Source: the human T2T-CHM13v2.0 reference genome, Homo sapiens
DNA: 64,000 nt
NCBI RefSeq assembly: GCF_009914755.1
Contig: NC_060943.1
Reading direction: 5' to 3' (one strand)
Of this stretch, positions 1 through 12,500 are shown in pieces; the first letter of the stretch is position 1, and each line of letters begins with the position of its first letter. The notes under the pieces were generated by a model. It was not told the DNA's origin. It was given only the letters and a program-made list of their open reading frames with translations, and did not search any database. The translations under genes were made by a program, and so were the position numbers.

Positions 1-151
1 TCCTCATATAAAAACTAGACAGAAGGATCCACAGAAAATGCTTTGTGATGTGTGCATTCAAATCACGGAGTTGAATCTTTCTTTTGTCAGAGCAGTTTTG
101 AAACACTGTTTCTGTGGAATCTGCCAGCGGACACTTGGAGCGCTTTGAGGG

Positions 152-169
152 CTATGGTGGAGAAGGAAA
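152..169 (+). other. A-type (pJ-alpha-like) box position, diverged; 7 such monomers per HOR
   Basis: CTATGGTGGAGAAGGAAA at the box position. Similar A-type boxes near 663, 1174, 1516, 1687, 1854 and 2195. None has an intact TGAAAA core. Confidence 0.65.
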
Positions 170-320
170 TATCTTCCCATAAAAACTAGAGAGAAGCATT
201 CTCAGAAACATTTGTGTGAAGCGTGCATTCAACTCACAGAGTTGAACCTTCCTTTTGATACAACAGTTTTGAAACACTCTTTTGAGCAATTGCAGGTGAA
301 TCTTTGGAGCGCTTTGAAGC

Positions 321-337
321 CTTTGTTGGAAATGGGA
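321..337 (+). other. Degenerate CENP-B box (CTTTGTTGGAAATGGGA), once per HOR
   Basis: Both CpGs of the consensus read TG. Related remnants at 834-850 (CTTCATAGGAAACAGTA) and 2024-2040 (CTTTGCTGGAAATGGGR). Confidence 0.75.
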
Positions 338-491
338 ATATCTTCACACACAAACTAGCCAGAAGCATTCTCAGAAACTTCTTTGTGATGTGTGCGTTGA
401 ACCCAGAGAGATGAACCTTTCCTTTGATAGAGCAGTTTTGAAACGTGTTTTTGTAAGATCGGCAAGCGGATAATTGGCTTCGCTTTGTGTC

Positions 492-508
492 CTTTGGTGG
501 AAACGGGA
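492..508 (+). other. Degenerate CENP-B box (CTTTGGTGGAAACGGGA), once per HOR
   Basis: Essential TTCG changed to TTTG; A and CGGG are intact. Confidence 0.8.
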
Positions 509-906
509 ATATCTTCTAATAAAAACTAGACAGAAATATTCTCAGAATCTCCTTTGTGATGTGGGCATTCAACTAACACAGTTGAACATTTCTTTTCACA
601 GAGCAGTTTTGAAACACTCTTTTGGTAGAATCTGCCAGTGGATATTTGGAGCGCTTGGAGGGCTATTGTGCCAATGGAAAGATCTGCCCCTGAAAACTAG
701 ACAGAAGCATTCTCAGAAACTACTTCTTGATGTTTGCATTCAACACACAGAGTTGAACATACCTCTTCACAGAGCAGTTTTGAAAACCTCTTTCTGTAGA
801 ATCTGCAAGTGGATATTCGGACCACTTTGAGGCCTTCATAGGAAACAGTAATATCTTCACATAAAAACTAGATAGAAGCATTGTCAGAAAGTTCTTTGTG
901 ATGTGT

Positions 907-3120
907 GAATTCAACTCACAGAGTTGAACCTTCCTTTAATAGAGCAGTTTTGAAACACTCCTTTTCTAGAATCTGCAAGTAGATATTTGGAGCGCTTTGA
1001 GGCCTTCGTTGGAAACCGGAATATCTTCACAGGAAAAGTAGATAGAGGCATTCTCAGAAACTTTTTTGTGATATGTAGATTCAACTCACAGCGTTGAACC
1101 TTTCTTTGGATGGAGCAGTTTTGAAAACCTCTTTTATCGAATCTGCAGGTAGACATTCGGGGTGGTTTGAGGGCTGTGGTGCAAAAGGAAATGTCTTCAC
1201 GTAGAAACTAGACTGAAGCATTCTCAGCAACTTCTTGGTGACGTTTGCATTCAACTCACAGTGTTGAACATACCTTTCCATAGAGTGGTTTTGAAACACT
1301 GTTTTTGTAGAATCGGCAAGTGGATATTTGGACTGCTTTGAGGCCTTCATCGGAAACCGGAATATCTTCACATAAACACTAGAGAGAAGCATTCTCAGAA
1401 ACTTCTTTGTCATCTGTCCATTCAACTCACAGAGTTGAACCTTCCTTTTTATGGAGCAGTTTTGAAACACTCCTTTTGGAGAATCTGCAGGTGGATATTT
1501 GGAGCGCTTTGAGGCCTATGGTAGAAAAAGAAATATCTGCCTCTAAAAACCAGACAGAAGCATTCCGAGAAACTTCTTTGTGATGTTTGCATTCAACTAG
1601 CAGAGTTGAACCTTCCTTTTGATAGGGCAGTTTGGAAACACTCTTTTTGTAGAATCTGCATGTGGATATCTGGAGCGGTTTGAGGCCTACGGTCAAAAAG
1701 GAAATATCTTCCTGGGAAAAATAGACGAAAGCATTCTCAGAAAGTGCTTTGTGATATGCGCATTCGACTCACCGAGTTGAAACTTTTTTTTGATAGAGCA
1801 GTTTTGAAACACTCTGTAGAATCTGAAAGTGGATATTTGGAGCTCTTTGAGGGCTATGGCGGAAAAGAAAATATATTCACATTAAAGTAGACAGCAGCAT
1901 TCTCAGAAACTTCTTTAGGATGTTTGCAGTAAACTCACAGAGTTGAACATACCTTTCCGTAGAGCAGTTTTGAAACACTCTGTTTGTGGGATCCGCAAGT
2001 GGATATTTGGACCGCTTTGAGACCTTTGCTGGAAATGGGGATATCTTCACGTATAAACTAGACAGAAGCATTCTCAGAAACTTCTTCGTGATGTGTGCAT
2101 TCTCCTCCCGAATTTGAATCTTCCTTTTCATGAAGCAGTTTTGAAACACTCTGTTTGTGCAATCCACAATTGGATAATTGGAACGCTTTGATGCCCATGG
2201 TAGAAAAGGAAATATCCTCATATAAAAACTAGACAGAAGGATTCACAGAAAATGCTTTGTGATGTGTGCATTCAAATCACGGAGTTGAATCTTTCTTTTG
2301 TCAGAGCAGTTTTGAAACACTGTTTCTGTGGAATCTGCCAGCGGACACTTGGAGCACTTTGAGGGCTATGGTGGAGAAGGAAATATCTTCCCATAAAAAC
2401 TAGAAAGAAGCATTCTCAGAAACATTTATGTGAAGCGTGCATTCCACTCACAGAGTTGAACCTTCCTTTTGATACAACAGTTTTGAAACACTCTTTTGAA
2501 CAATTGCAGGTGAATCTTTGGAGCGCTTTGAAGCCTTTGTTGGAAATGGGAATATCTTCACACACAAACTAGCCAGAAGCATTCTCAGAAACTTCTTTGT
2601 GATGTGTGCGTTGAACCCAGAGAGATGAACCTTTCCTTTCATAGAGCAGTTTTGAAACGTGTTTTTGTAAGATCGGCAAGCGGATAATTGGCTTCGCTTT
2701 GTGTCCTTTGGTGGAAACGGGAATATCTTCTAATAAAAACTAGACAGAAATATTCTCAGAATCTCCTTTGTGATGTGGGCATTCAACTAACACAGTTGAA
2801 CATTTCTTTTCACAGAGCAGTTTTGAAACACTCTTTTGGTAGAATCTGCCAGTGGATATTTGGAGCGCTTGGAGGGCTATTGTGCCAATGGAAATATCTG
2901 CCCCTGAAAACTAGACAGAAGCATTCTCAGAAACTACTTCGTGATGTTTGCATTCAACACACAGAGTTGAACATACCTCTTCACAGAGCAGTTTTGAAAA
3001 CCTCTTTCTGTAGAATCTGCAAGTGGATATTCGGACCACTTTGAGGCCTTCATAGGAAACAGTAATATCTTCACATAAAAACTAGATAGAAGCATTGTCA
3101 GAAAGTTCTTTGTGATGTGT
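907..3120 (+). repeat. Representative canonical 13-mer HOR unit (EcoRI to EcoRI, 2214 bp)
   Basis: GAATTC at 907 and 3121, with 13 distinguishable monomers between them. One monomer is short (CACTCTGTAG near 1810 instead of CACTCTTTTTGTAG). BamHI GGATCC at 1989. Confidence 0.95.
1004..1020 (+). other. Degenerate CENP-B box (CTTCGTTGGAAACCGGA), once per HOR
   Basis: One mismatch to YTTCGTTGGAARCGGGA, in the essential CGGG (here CCGG); predicted non-binding. Confidence 0.85.
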
Positions 3121-3558
3121 GAATTCAACTCACAGAGTTGAACCTTCCTTTAATAGAGCAGTTTTGAAACACTCCTTTTCTAGAATCTGCAAGTAGATAT
3201 TTGGAGCGCTTTGAGGCCTTCGTTGGAAACCGGAATATCTTCACAGGAAAAGTAGATAGAGGCATTCTCAGAAACTTTTTTGTGATATGTAGATTCAACT
3301 CACAGCGTTGAACCTTTCTTTGGGTGGAGCAGTTTTGAAAACCTCTTTTATCGAATCTGCAGGTAGACATTCGGGGTGGTTTGAGGGCTGTGGTGCAAAA
3401 GGAAATGTCTTCCCATAGAAACTAGACTGAAGCATTCTCAGCAACTTCTTGGTGACGTTTGCATTCATCTCACAGTGTTGAACATACCTTTCCATAGAGT
3501 GGTTTTGAAACACTGTTTTTGTAGAATCGGCAAGTGGATATTTGGACTGCTTTGAGGC

Positions 3559-3575
3559 CTTCATCGGAAACGGGA
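3559..3575 (+). other. Degenerate CENP-B box (CTTCATCGGAAACGGGA), once per HOR
   Basis: Essential TTCG changed to TTCA; A and CGGG are intact. Confidence 0.8.
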
Positions 3576-6500
3576 ATATCTTCACATAAACACTAGACAG
3601 AAGCATTCTCAGAAACTTCTTTGTCATCTGTCCATTCAACTCACAGAGTTGAACCTTCCTTTTTATGGAGCAGTTTTGAAACACTCCTTTTGGAGAATCT
3701 GCAGGTGGATATTTGGAGCGCTTTGAGGCCTATGGTAGAAAAAGAAATATCTGCCTCTAAAAACCAGACAGAAGCATTCCGAGAAACTTCTTTGTGATGT
3801 TTGCATTCAACTAGCAGAGTTGAACCTTCCTTTTGATAGGGCAGTTTGGAAACACTCTTTTTGTAGAATCTGCATGTGGATATCTGGAGCGGTTTGAGGC
3901 CTACGGTCAAAAAGGAAATATCTTCCTGGGAAAAATAGACGAAAGCATTCTCAGAAACTGCTTTGTGATATGCGCATTCGACTCACCGAGTTGAAACTTT
4001 TTTTTGATAGAGCAGTTTTGAAACACTCTGTAGAATCTGAAAGTGGATATTTGGAGCTCTTTGAGGGCTATGGCGGAAAAGAAAATATATTCACATTAAA
4101 GTAGACAGCAGCATTCTCAGAAACTTCTTTAGGATGTTTGCAGTAAACTCACAGAGTTGAACATACCTTTCCGTAGAGCAGTTTTGAAACACTCTGTTTG
4201 TGGGATCCGCAAGTGGATATTTGGACCGCTTTGAGACCTTTGCTGGAAATGGGGATATCTTCACGTATAAACTAGACAGAAGCATTCTCAGAAACTTCTT
4301 CCTGATGTGTGCATTCTCCTCCCGAATTTGAATCTTCCTTTTCATGAAGCAGTTTTGAAACACTCTGTTTGTGCAATCCACAATTGGATAATTGGAACGC
4401 TTTGATGCCCATGGTAGAAAAGGAAATATCCTCATATAAAAACTAGACAGAAGGATTCACAGAAAATGCTTTGTGATGTGTGCATTCAAATCACGGAGTT
4501 GCATCTTTCTTTTGTGAGAGCAGTTTTGAAACACTGTTTCTGTGGAATCTGCCAGCGGACACTTGGAGCGCTTTGAGGGCTATGGTGGAGAAGGAAATAT
4601 CTTCCCATAAAAACTAGAAAGAAGCATTCTCAGAAACATTTATGTGAAGCGTGCATTCAACTCACAGAGTTGAACCTTCCTTTTGATACAACAGTTTTGA
4701 AACACTCTTTTGAACAATTGCAGGTGAATCTTTGGAGCGCTTTGAAGCCTTTGTTGGAAATGGGAATATCTTCACACACAAACTAGCCAGAAGCATTCTC
4801 AGAAACTTCTTTGTGATGTGTGCGTTGAACCCAGAGAGATGAACCTTTCCTTCGATAGAGCAGTTTTGAAACGTGTTTTTGTAAGATCGGCAAGCGGATA
4901 ATTGGCTTCGCTTTGTGTCCTTTGGTGGAAACGGGAATATCTTCTAATAAAAACTAGACAGAAATATTATCAGAATCTCCTTTGTGATGTGGGCATTCAA
5001 CTAACACACTTGAACATTTCTTTTCACAGAGCAGTTTTGAAACACACTTCTGGTAGAATCTGCCAGTGGATATTTGGAGCGCTTGGAGGGCTATTTTGCC
5101 AATGGAAATATCTGCCCCTGAAAACTAGACAGAAGCATTCTCAGAAACTACTTCGTGATGTTTGCATTCAACACAGAGAGTTGAACATACCTCTTCACAG
5201 AGCAGTTTTGAAAACCTCTTTCTGTAGAATCTGCAAGTGGATATTCGGACCACTTTGAGGCCTTCATAGGAAACAGTAATATCTTCACATAAAAACTAGA
5301 TAGAAGCATTGTCAGAAAGTTCTTTGTGATGTGTGAATTCAACTCACAGAGTTGAACCTTCCTTTAATAGAGCAGTTTTGAAACACTCTTTTTCTAGAAT
5401 CTGCAAGTAGATATTTGGAGCGCTTTGAGGCCTTCGTTGGAAACCGGAATATCTTCACAGGAAAAGTAGATAGAGGCATTCTCAGAAACTTTTTTGTGAT
5501 ATGTAGATTCAACTCACAGCGTTGAACCTTTCTTTGGATGGAGCAGTTTTGAAAACCACTTTTATCGAATCTGCAGGTAGACGTTCGGGGTGCTTTGAGG
5601 GCTGTGGTGCAAAAGGAAATGTCTTCCCATAGAAACTAGACTGAAGCATTCTCAGCAACTTCTTGGTGACGTTTGCATTCATCTCACAGTGTTGAACATA
5701 CCTTTCCCTAGAGTGGTTTTAAAACACTGTTTTTGTAGAATCGGCAAGTGGATATTTGGACTGCTTTGAGGCCTTCATCGGAAAAGGGAATATCTTCACA
5801 TAAACACTAGAGAGAAGCATTCTCAGAAACTTCTTTGTCATCTGTCCATTCAACTCACAGAGTTGAACCTTCCTTTTTATGGAGCAGTTTTGAAACACTC
5901 CTTTTGGAGAATCTGCAGGTGGATATTTGGAGTGCTTTGAGGCCTATGGTAGAAAAAGAAATATCTGCCTCTAAAAAAAAGACAGAAGCATTCCGAGAAA
6001 AGTTCTTTGTGATGTTTGCATTCAACTAGCAGAGTTGAACCTTCCTTTTGATAGGGCAGTTTGGAAACACTCTTTTTGTAGAATCTGCATGTGGATATCT
6101 GGAGCGGTTTGAGGCCTACGGTCAAAAAGGAAATATCTTCCTGGGAAAAATAGACGAAAGCATTCTCAGAAAGTGCTTTGTGATATGCGCATTCGACTCA
6201 CCGAGTTGAAACTTTTTTTTGATACAGCAGTTTTGAAACACTCTGTAGAATCTGAAAGTGGATATTTGGAGCTCTTTGAGGGCTATGGCGGAAAAGAAAA
6301 TATATTCACATTAAAGTAGTCAGCAGCATTCTCAGAAACTTCTTTAGGATGTTTGCAGTAAACTCACAGAGTTGAACATACCTTTCCGTAGAGCAGTTTT
6401 GAAACACTCTGTTTGTGGGATCCGCAAGTGGATATTTGGACCGCTTTGAGACCTTTGCTGCAAATGGGGATATCTTCACGTATAAACTAGACAGAAGCAT

Positions 6501-9500
6501 TCTCAGAAACTTCTTCATGATGTGTGCATTCTCCTCCCGAATTTGAATCTTCCTTTTCATGAAGCAGTTTTGAAACACTCTGTTTGTGCAATCCACAATT
6601 GGATAATTGGAACGCTTTGATGCCCATGGTAGAAAAGGAAATATCCTCATATAAAAACTAGACAGAAGGATTCACAGAAAATGCTTTGTGATGTGTGCAT
6701 TCAAATCACGGAGTTGAATCTTTCTTTTGTCAGAGCAGTTTGAAACACTGTTTCTGTGGAATCTGCCAGCGGACACTTGGAGCGCTTTGAGGGCTATGGT
6801 GGAGAAGGAAATATCTTCCCATAAAAACTAGAAAGAAGCATTCTCAGAAACATTTATGTGAAGCGTGCATTCAACTCACAGAGTTGAACCTTCCTTTTGA
6901 TACAACAGTTTTGAAACACTCTTTTGAACAATTGCAGGTGAATCTTTGGAGCGCTTTGAAGCCTTTGTTGGAAATGGGAATATCTTCACACACAAACTAG
7001 CCAGAAGCATTCTCAGAAACTTCTTTGTGATGTGTGCGTTGAACCCAGAGAGATGAACCTTTCCTTGGATAGAGCAGTTTTGAAACGTGTTTTTGTAAGA
7101 TCGGCAAGCGGATAATTGGCTTCGCTTTGTGTCCTTTGGTGGAAACGGGAATATCTTCTAATAAAAACTAGACAGAAATATTCTCAGAATCTCCTTTGTG
7201 ATGTGGGCATTCAACTAACACAGTTGAACATTTCTTTTCACAGAGCAGTTTTGAAACACTCTTTTGGTAGAATCTGCCAGTGGATATTTGGAGCGCTTGG
7301 AGGGCTATTGTGCCAATGGAAATATCTGCCCCTGAAAACTAGACAGAAGCATTCTCAGAAACTACTTCGTGATGTCTGCATTCAACACACAGAGTTGAAC
7401 ATACCTCTTCACAGAGCAGTTTTGAAAACCTCTTTCTGTAGAATCTGCAAGTGGATATTCGGACCACTTTGAGGCCTTCATAGGAAACAGTAATATCTTC
7501 ACATAAAAACTAGATAGAAACATTGTCAGAAAGTTCTTTGTGATGTGTGAATTCAACTCACAGAGTTGAACCTTCCTTTAATAGAGCAGTTTTGAAACAC
7601 TCTTTTTCTAGAATCTGCAAGTAGATATTTGGAGCGCTTTGAGGCTTTCGTTGGAAACCGGAATATCTTCACAGGAAAAGTAGATAGAGGCATTCTCAGA
7701 AACTTTTTTGTGATATGTAGATTCAACTCACAGCATTGAACCTTTCTTTGGATGGAGCAGTTTTGAAAAACTCTTTTATCGAATCTGCAGGTAGACATTC
7801 GGGGTGCTTTGAGGGCTGTGGTGCAAAAGGAAATCTCTTCCCATAGAAACTAGACTGAAGCATTCTCAGCAACTTCTTGGTGACGTTTGCATTCATCTCA
7901 CAGTGTTGAACATACCTTTCCATAGAGTGGTTTTGAAACACTGTTTTTGTAGAATCGGCAAGTGGATATTTGGACTGCTTTGAGGCCTTCATCGGAAACG
8001 GGAATATCTTCACATAAACACTAGAGAGAAGCATTCTCAGAAACTTATTTGTCATCTGTCCATTCAACTCACAGAGTTGAACCTTCCTTTTTATGGAGCA
8101 GTTTTGAAACACTCCTTTTGGAGAATCTGCAAGTGGATATTTGGAGCGCTTTGAGGCCTATGGTAGAAAAAGAAATATCTGCCTCTAAAAACCAGACAGA
8201 AGCATTCTGAGAAAAGTTCTTTGTGATGTTTGCATTCAACTAGCACAGTTGAACCTTCCTTTTGATAGGGCAGTTTGGAAACACTCTTTTTGTAGAATCT
8301 GCATGTGGATATCTGGAGCGGTTTGAGGCCTACAGTCAAAAAGGAAATATCTTCCTGGGAAAAATAGACGAAAGCATTCTCAGAAAGGGCTTTGTGATAC
8401 GCGCATTCGACTCACCGAGTTGAAACTTTTTTTTGATAGAGCAGTTTTGAAACACTCTGTAGAATCTGAAAGTGGATATTTGGAGCTCTTTGAGGGCTAT
8501 GGCGGAAAAGAAAATATATTCACATTAAAGTAGACAGCAGCATTCTCAGAAACTTCTTTAGGATGTTTGCAGTAAACTCACAGAGTTGAACATACCTTTC
8601 TGTAGAGCAGTTTTGAAACACTCTGTTTGTGGGATCCGCAAGTGGATATTTGGACCGCTTTGAGACCTTTGCTGGAAATGGGAATATCTTCACATATAAA
8701 CTAGACAGAAGCATTCTCAGAAACTTCTTCGTGATGTGTGCATTCTACTCCCGAATTTGAATCTTCCTTTTCATGAAGCAGTTTTGAAACACTCTGTTTG
8801 TGCAATCCACAATTGGATAATTGGAACGCTTTGATGCCCATGGTAGAAAAGGAAATATCCTCATATAAAAACTAGACAGAAGGATTCACAGAAAATGCTT
8901 TGTGATGTGTGCATTCAAATCACGGAGTTGAATCTTTCTTTTGTGAGAGCAGTTTTGAAACACTGTTTCTGTGGAATCTGCCAGCGGACTCTTGGAGCTC
9001 TTTGAGGGCTATGGTGGAGAAGGAAATATCTTCCCATAAAAACTAGAAAGAAGCATTCTCAGAAACATTTATGTGAAGCGTGCATTCAACTCACAGAGTT
9101 GAACCTTCCTTTTGATACAACAGTTTTGAAACACTCTTTTGAACAATTGCAGGTGAATCTTTGGAGCGCTTTGAAGCCTTTGTTGGAAATGGGAATATCT
9201 TCACACACAAACTAGCCAGAAGCATTCTCAGAAACTTCTTTGTGATGTGTGCGTTAAACCCAGAGAGATGAACCTTTCCTTCGATAGAGCAGTTTTGAAA
9301 CGTGTTTTTGTAAGATCGGCAAGCGGATAAATGGCTTCGCTTTGTGTCCTTTGGTGGAAACGGGAATATCTTCTAATAAAAACTAGACAGAAATATTCTC
9401 AGAATCTCCTTTGTGATGTGGGCATTCAACTAACACAGTTGAACATTTCTTTTCACAGAGCAGTTTTGAAACACTCTTTTGGTAGAATCTGCCAGTGGAT

Positions 9501-12500
9501 ATTTGGAGCCCTTGGAGGGCTATTGTGCCAATGGAAATATCTGCCCCTGAAAACTAGACAGAAGCATTCTCAGAAACTACTTCGTGATGTTTGCATTCAA
9601 CACACAGAGTTGAACATACCTCTTCACAGAGCAGTTTTGAAAACCTCTTTCTGTAGAATCTGCAAGTGGATATTCGGACCACTTTGAGGCCTTCATAGGA
9701 AACAGTAATATCTTCACATAAAAACTAGATAGAAACATTGACAGAAAGTTCTTTGTGATGTGTGAATTCAACTCACAGAGTTGAACCTTCCTTTAATAGA
9801 GCAGTTTTGAAACACTCTTTTTCTAGAATCTGCAAGTAGATACTTGGAGCGCTTTGAGGCCTTCGTTGGAAACCGGAATATCTTCACAGGAAAAGTAGAT
9901 AGAGGCATTCTCAGAAACTTTTTTGTGATATGTAGATTCAACTCACAGCGTTGAACCTTTCTTTGGATGGAGCAGTTTTGAAAAACTCTTTTATCGAATC
10001 TGCAGGTAGACATTCGGGGTGCTTTGAGGGCTGTGGTGCAAAAGGAAATCTCTTCCCATAGAAACTAGACTGAAGCATTCTCAGCAACTTCTTGGTGACG
10101 TTTGCATTCATCTCACAGTGTTGAACATACCTTTCCATAGAGTGGTTTTGAAACACTGTTTTTGTAGAATCGGCAAGTGGATATTTGGACTGCTTTGAGG
10201 CCTTCATCGGAAACGGGAATATCTTCACATAAACACTAGAGAGAAGCATTCTCAGAAACTTCTTTGTCATCTGTCCATTCAACTCACAGAGTTGAACCTT
10301 CCTTTTTATGGAGCAGTTTTGAAACACTCCTTTTGGAGAATCTGCAAGGGGATATTTGGAGCGCTTTGAGGCCTATGGTAGAAAAAGAAATATCTGCCTC
10401 TAAAAACCAGACAGAAGCATTCCGAGAAAAGTTCTTTGTGATGTTTGCATTCAACTAGCAGAGTTGAACCTTCCTTTTGATAGGGCAGTTTGGAAACACT
10501 CTTTTTGTAGAATCTTCATGTGGATATCTGGAGCGGTTTGAGGCCTACGGTCAAAAAGGAAATATCTTCCTGGGAAAAATAGACGAAAGCATTCTCAGAA
10601 AGGGCTTTGTGATATGCGCATTCGACTCACCGAGTTGAAACTTTTTTTTGATAGAGCAGTTTTGAAACACTCTGTAGAATCTGAAAGTGGATATTTGGAG
10701 CTCTTTGAGGGCTATGGCGGAAAAGAAAATATATTCACATTAAAGTAGACAGCAGCATTCTCAGAAACTTCTTTAGGATGTTTGCAGTAAACTCACAGAG
10801 TTGAACATACCTTTCCGTAGAGCAGTTTTGAAACACTCTGTTTGTGGGATCCGCAAGTGGATATTTGGACCGCTTTGAGACCTTTGCTGGAAATGGGAAT
10901 ATCTTCACATATAAACTAGACAGAAGCATTCTCAGAAACTTCTTCGTGATGTGTGCATTCTACTCCCGAATGTGAATCTTCCTTTTCATGAAGCAGTTTT
11001 GAAACACTCTGTTTGTGCAATCCACAATTGGATAATTGGAACGCTTTGATGCCCATGGTAGAAAAGGAAATATCCTCATATAAAAACTAGACAGAAGGAT
11101 TCACAGAAAATGCTTTGTGATGTGTGCATTCAAATCACGGAGTTGAATCTTTCTTTTGTGAGAGCAGTTTTGAAACACTGTTTCTTTGGAATCTGCCAGC
11201 GGACACTTGGAGCGCTTTGAGGGCTATGGTGGAGAAGGAAATACCTTCCCATAAAAACTAGAAAGAAGCATTCTCAGAAACATTTATGTGAATCGTGGAT
11301 TCAACTCACAGACTTGAACCTTCCTTTTGATACAACAGTTTTGAAACACTCTTTTGAACATTTGCAGGTGAATCTTTGGAGCGCTTTGAAGCCTTTGTTG
11401 GAAATGGGAATATCTTCACACACAAACTAGCCAGAAGCATTCTCAGAAACTTCTTTGTGATGTGTGCGTTGAACCCAGAGAGATGAACCTTTCCTTGGAT
11501 AGAGCAGTTTTGTAACGTGTTTTTGTAAGATCTGCAAGCGGATAATTGGCTTCGCTTTGTGTCCTTTGGTGGAAACGGGAATATCTTCTAATAAAAACTA
11601 GACAGAAATATTCTCAGAATCTCCTTTGTGATGTGGGCATTCAACTAACACAGTTGAACATTTCTTTTCACAGAGCAGTTTTGAAACACTCTTTTGGTAG
11701 AATCTGCCAGTGGATATTTGGAGCGCTTGGAGGGCTATTGTGCCAATGGAAATATCTGCCCCTGAAAACTAGACAGAAGCATTCTCAGAAACTACTTCGT
11801 GATGTTTGCATTCAACACACAGAGTTGAACATACCTCTTCACAGAGCAGTTTTGAAAACCTCTTTCTGTAGAATCTGCAAGTGGATATTCAGACCACTTT
11901 GAGGCCTTCATAGGAAACAGTAATATCTTCGCATAAAAACTAGATAGAAGCATTGTCAGAAAGTTCTTTGTGATGTGTGAATTCAACTCACAGAGTTGAA
12001 CCTTCCTTTAATACAGCAGTTTTGAAACACTCTTTTTCTAGAATCTGCAAGTAGATATTTGGAGCGCTTTGAGGCCTTCGTTGGAAACCGGAATATCTTC
12101 ACAGGAAAAGTAGATAGAGGCATTCTCAGAAACTTTTTTGTGATATGTAGATGAAACTCACAGCGTTGAACCTTTCTTTGGATGGAGCAGTTTTGAAAAA
12201 CCCTTTTATCGAATCTGCAGGTAGACATTCGGGGTGCTTTGAGGGCTGTGGTGCAAAAGGAAATGTCTTCCCATAGAAACTAGACTGAAGCATTCTCAGC
12301 AACTTCTTGGTGACGTTTGCATTCATCTCACAGTGTTGAACATACCTTTCCATAGAGTGGTTTTGAAACACTGTTTTTGTAGAATCGGCAAGTGGATATT
12401 TGGACTGCTTTGAGGCCTTCATCGGAAACGGGAATATCTTCACATAAACACTAGAGAGAAGCATTCTCAGAAACTTCTTTGTCATCTGTCCATTCAACTC

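Noticed and set aside
228-247. Hairpin TTCAACTC-ACA-GAGTTGAA as a terminator or novel element
   Set aside because: This dyad is an ordinary part of the alpha satellite consensus, present in many monomers. The first junction overlaps it, but one case cannot show causation.
1004-1020. Functional CENP-B box
   Set aside because: The essential CGGG is CCGG (CAGG at ~20947) in every copy I read.
5971-5985. A8 run (CTAAAAAAAAGACAG) as a retroposition scar
   Set aside because: It is a same-length CC>AA change of CTAAAAACCAGACAG in a single copy, with no target-site duplication.
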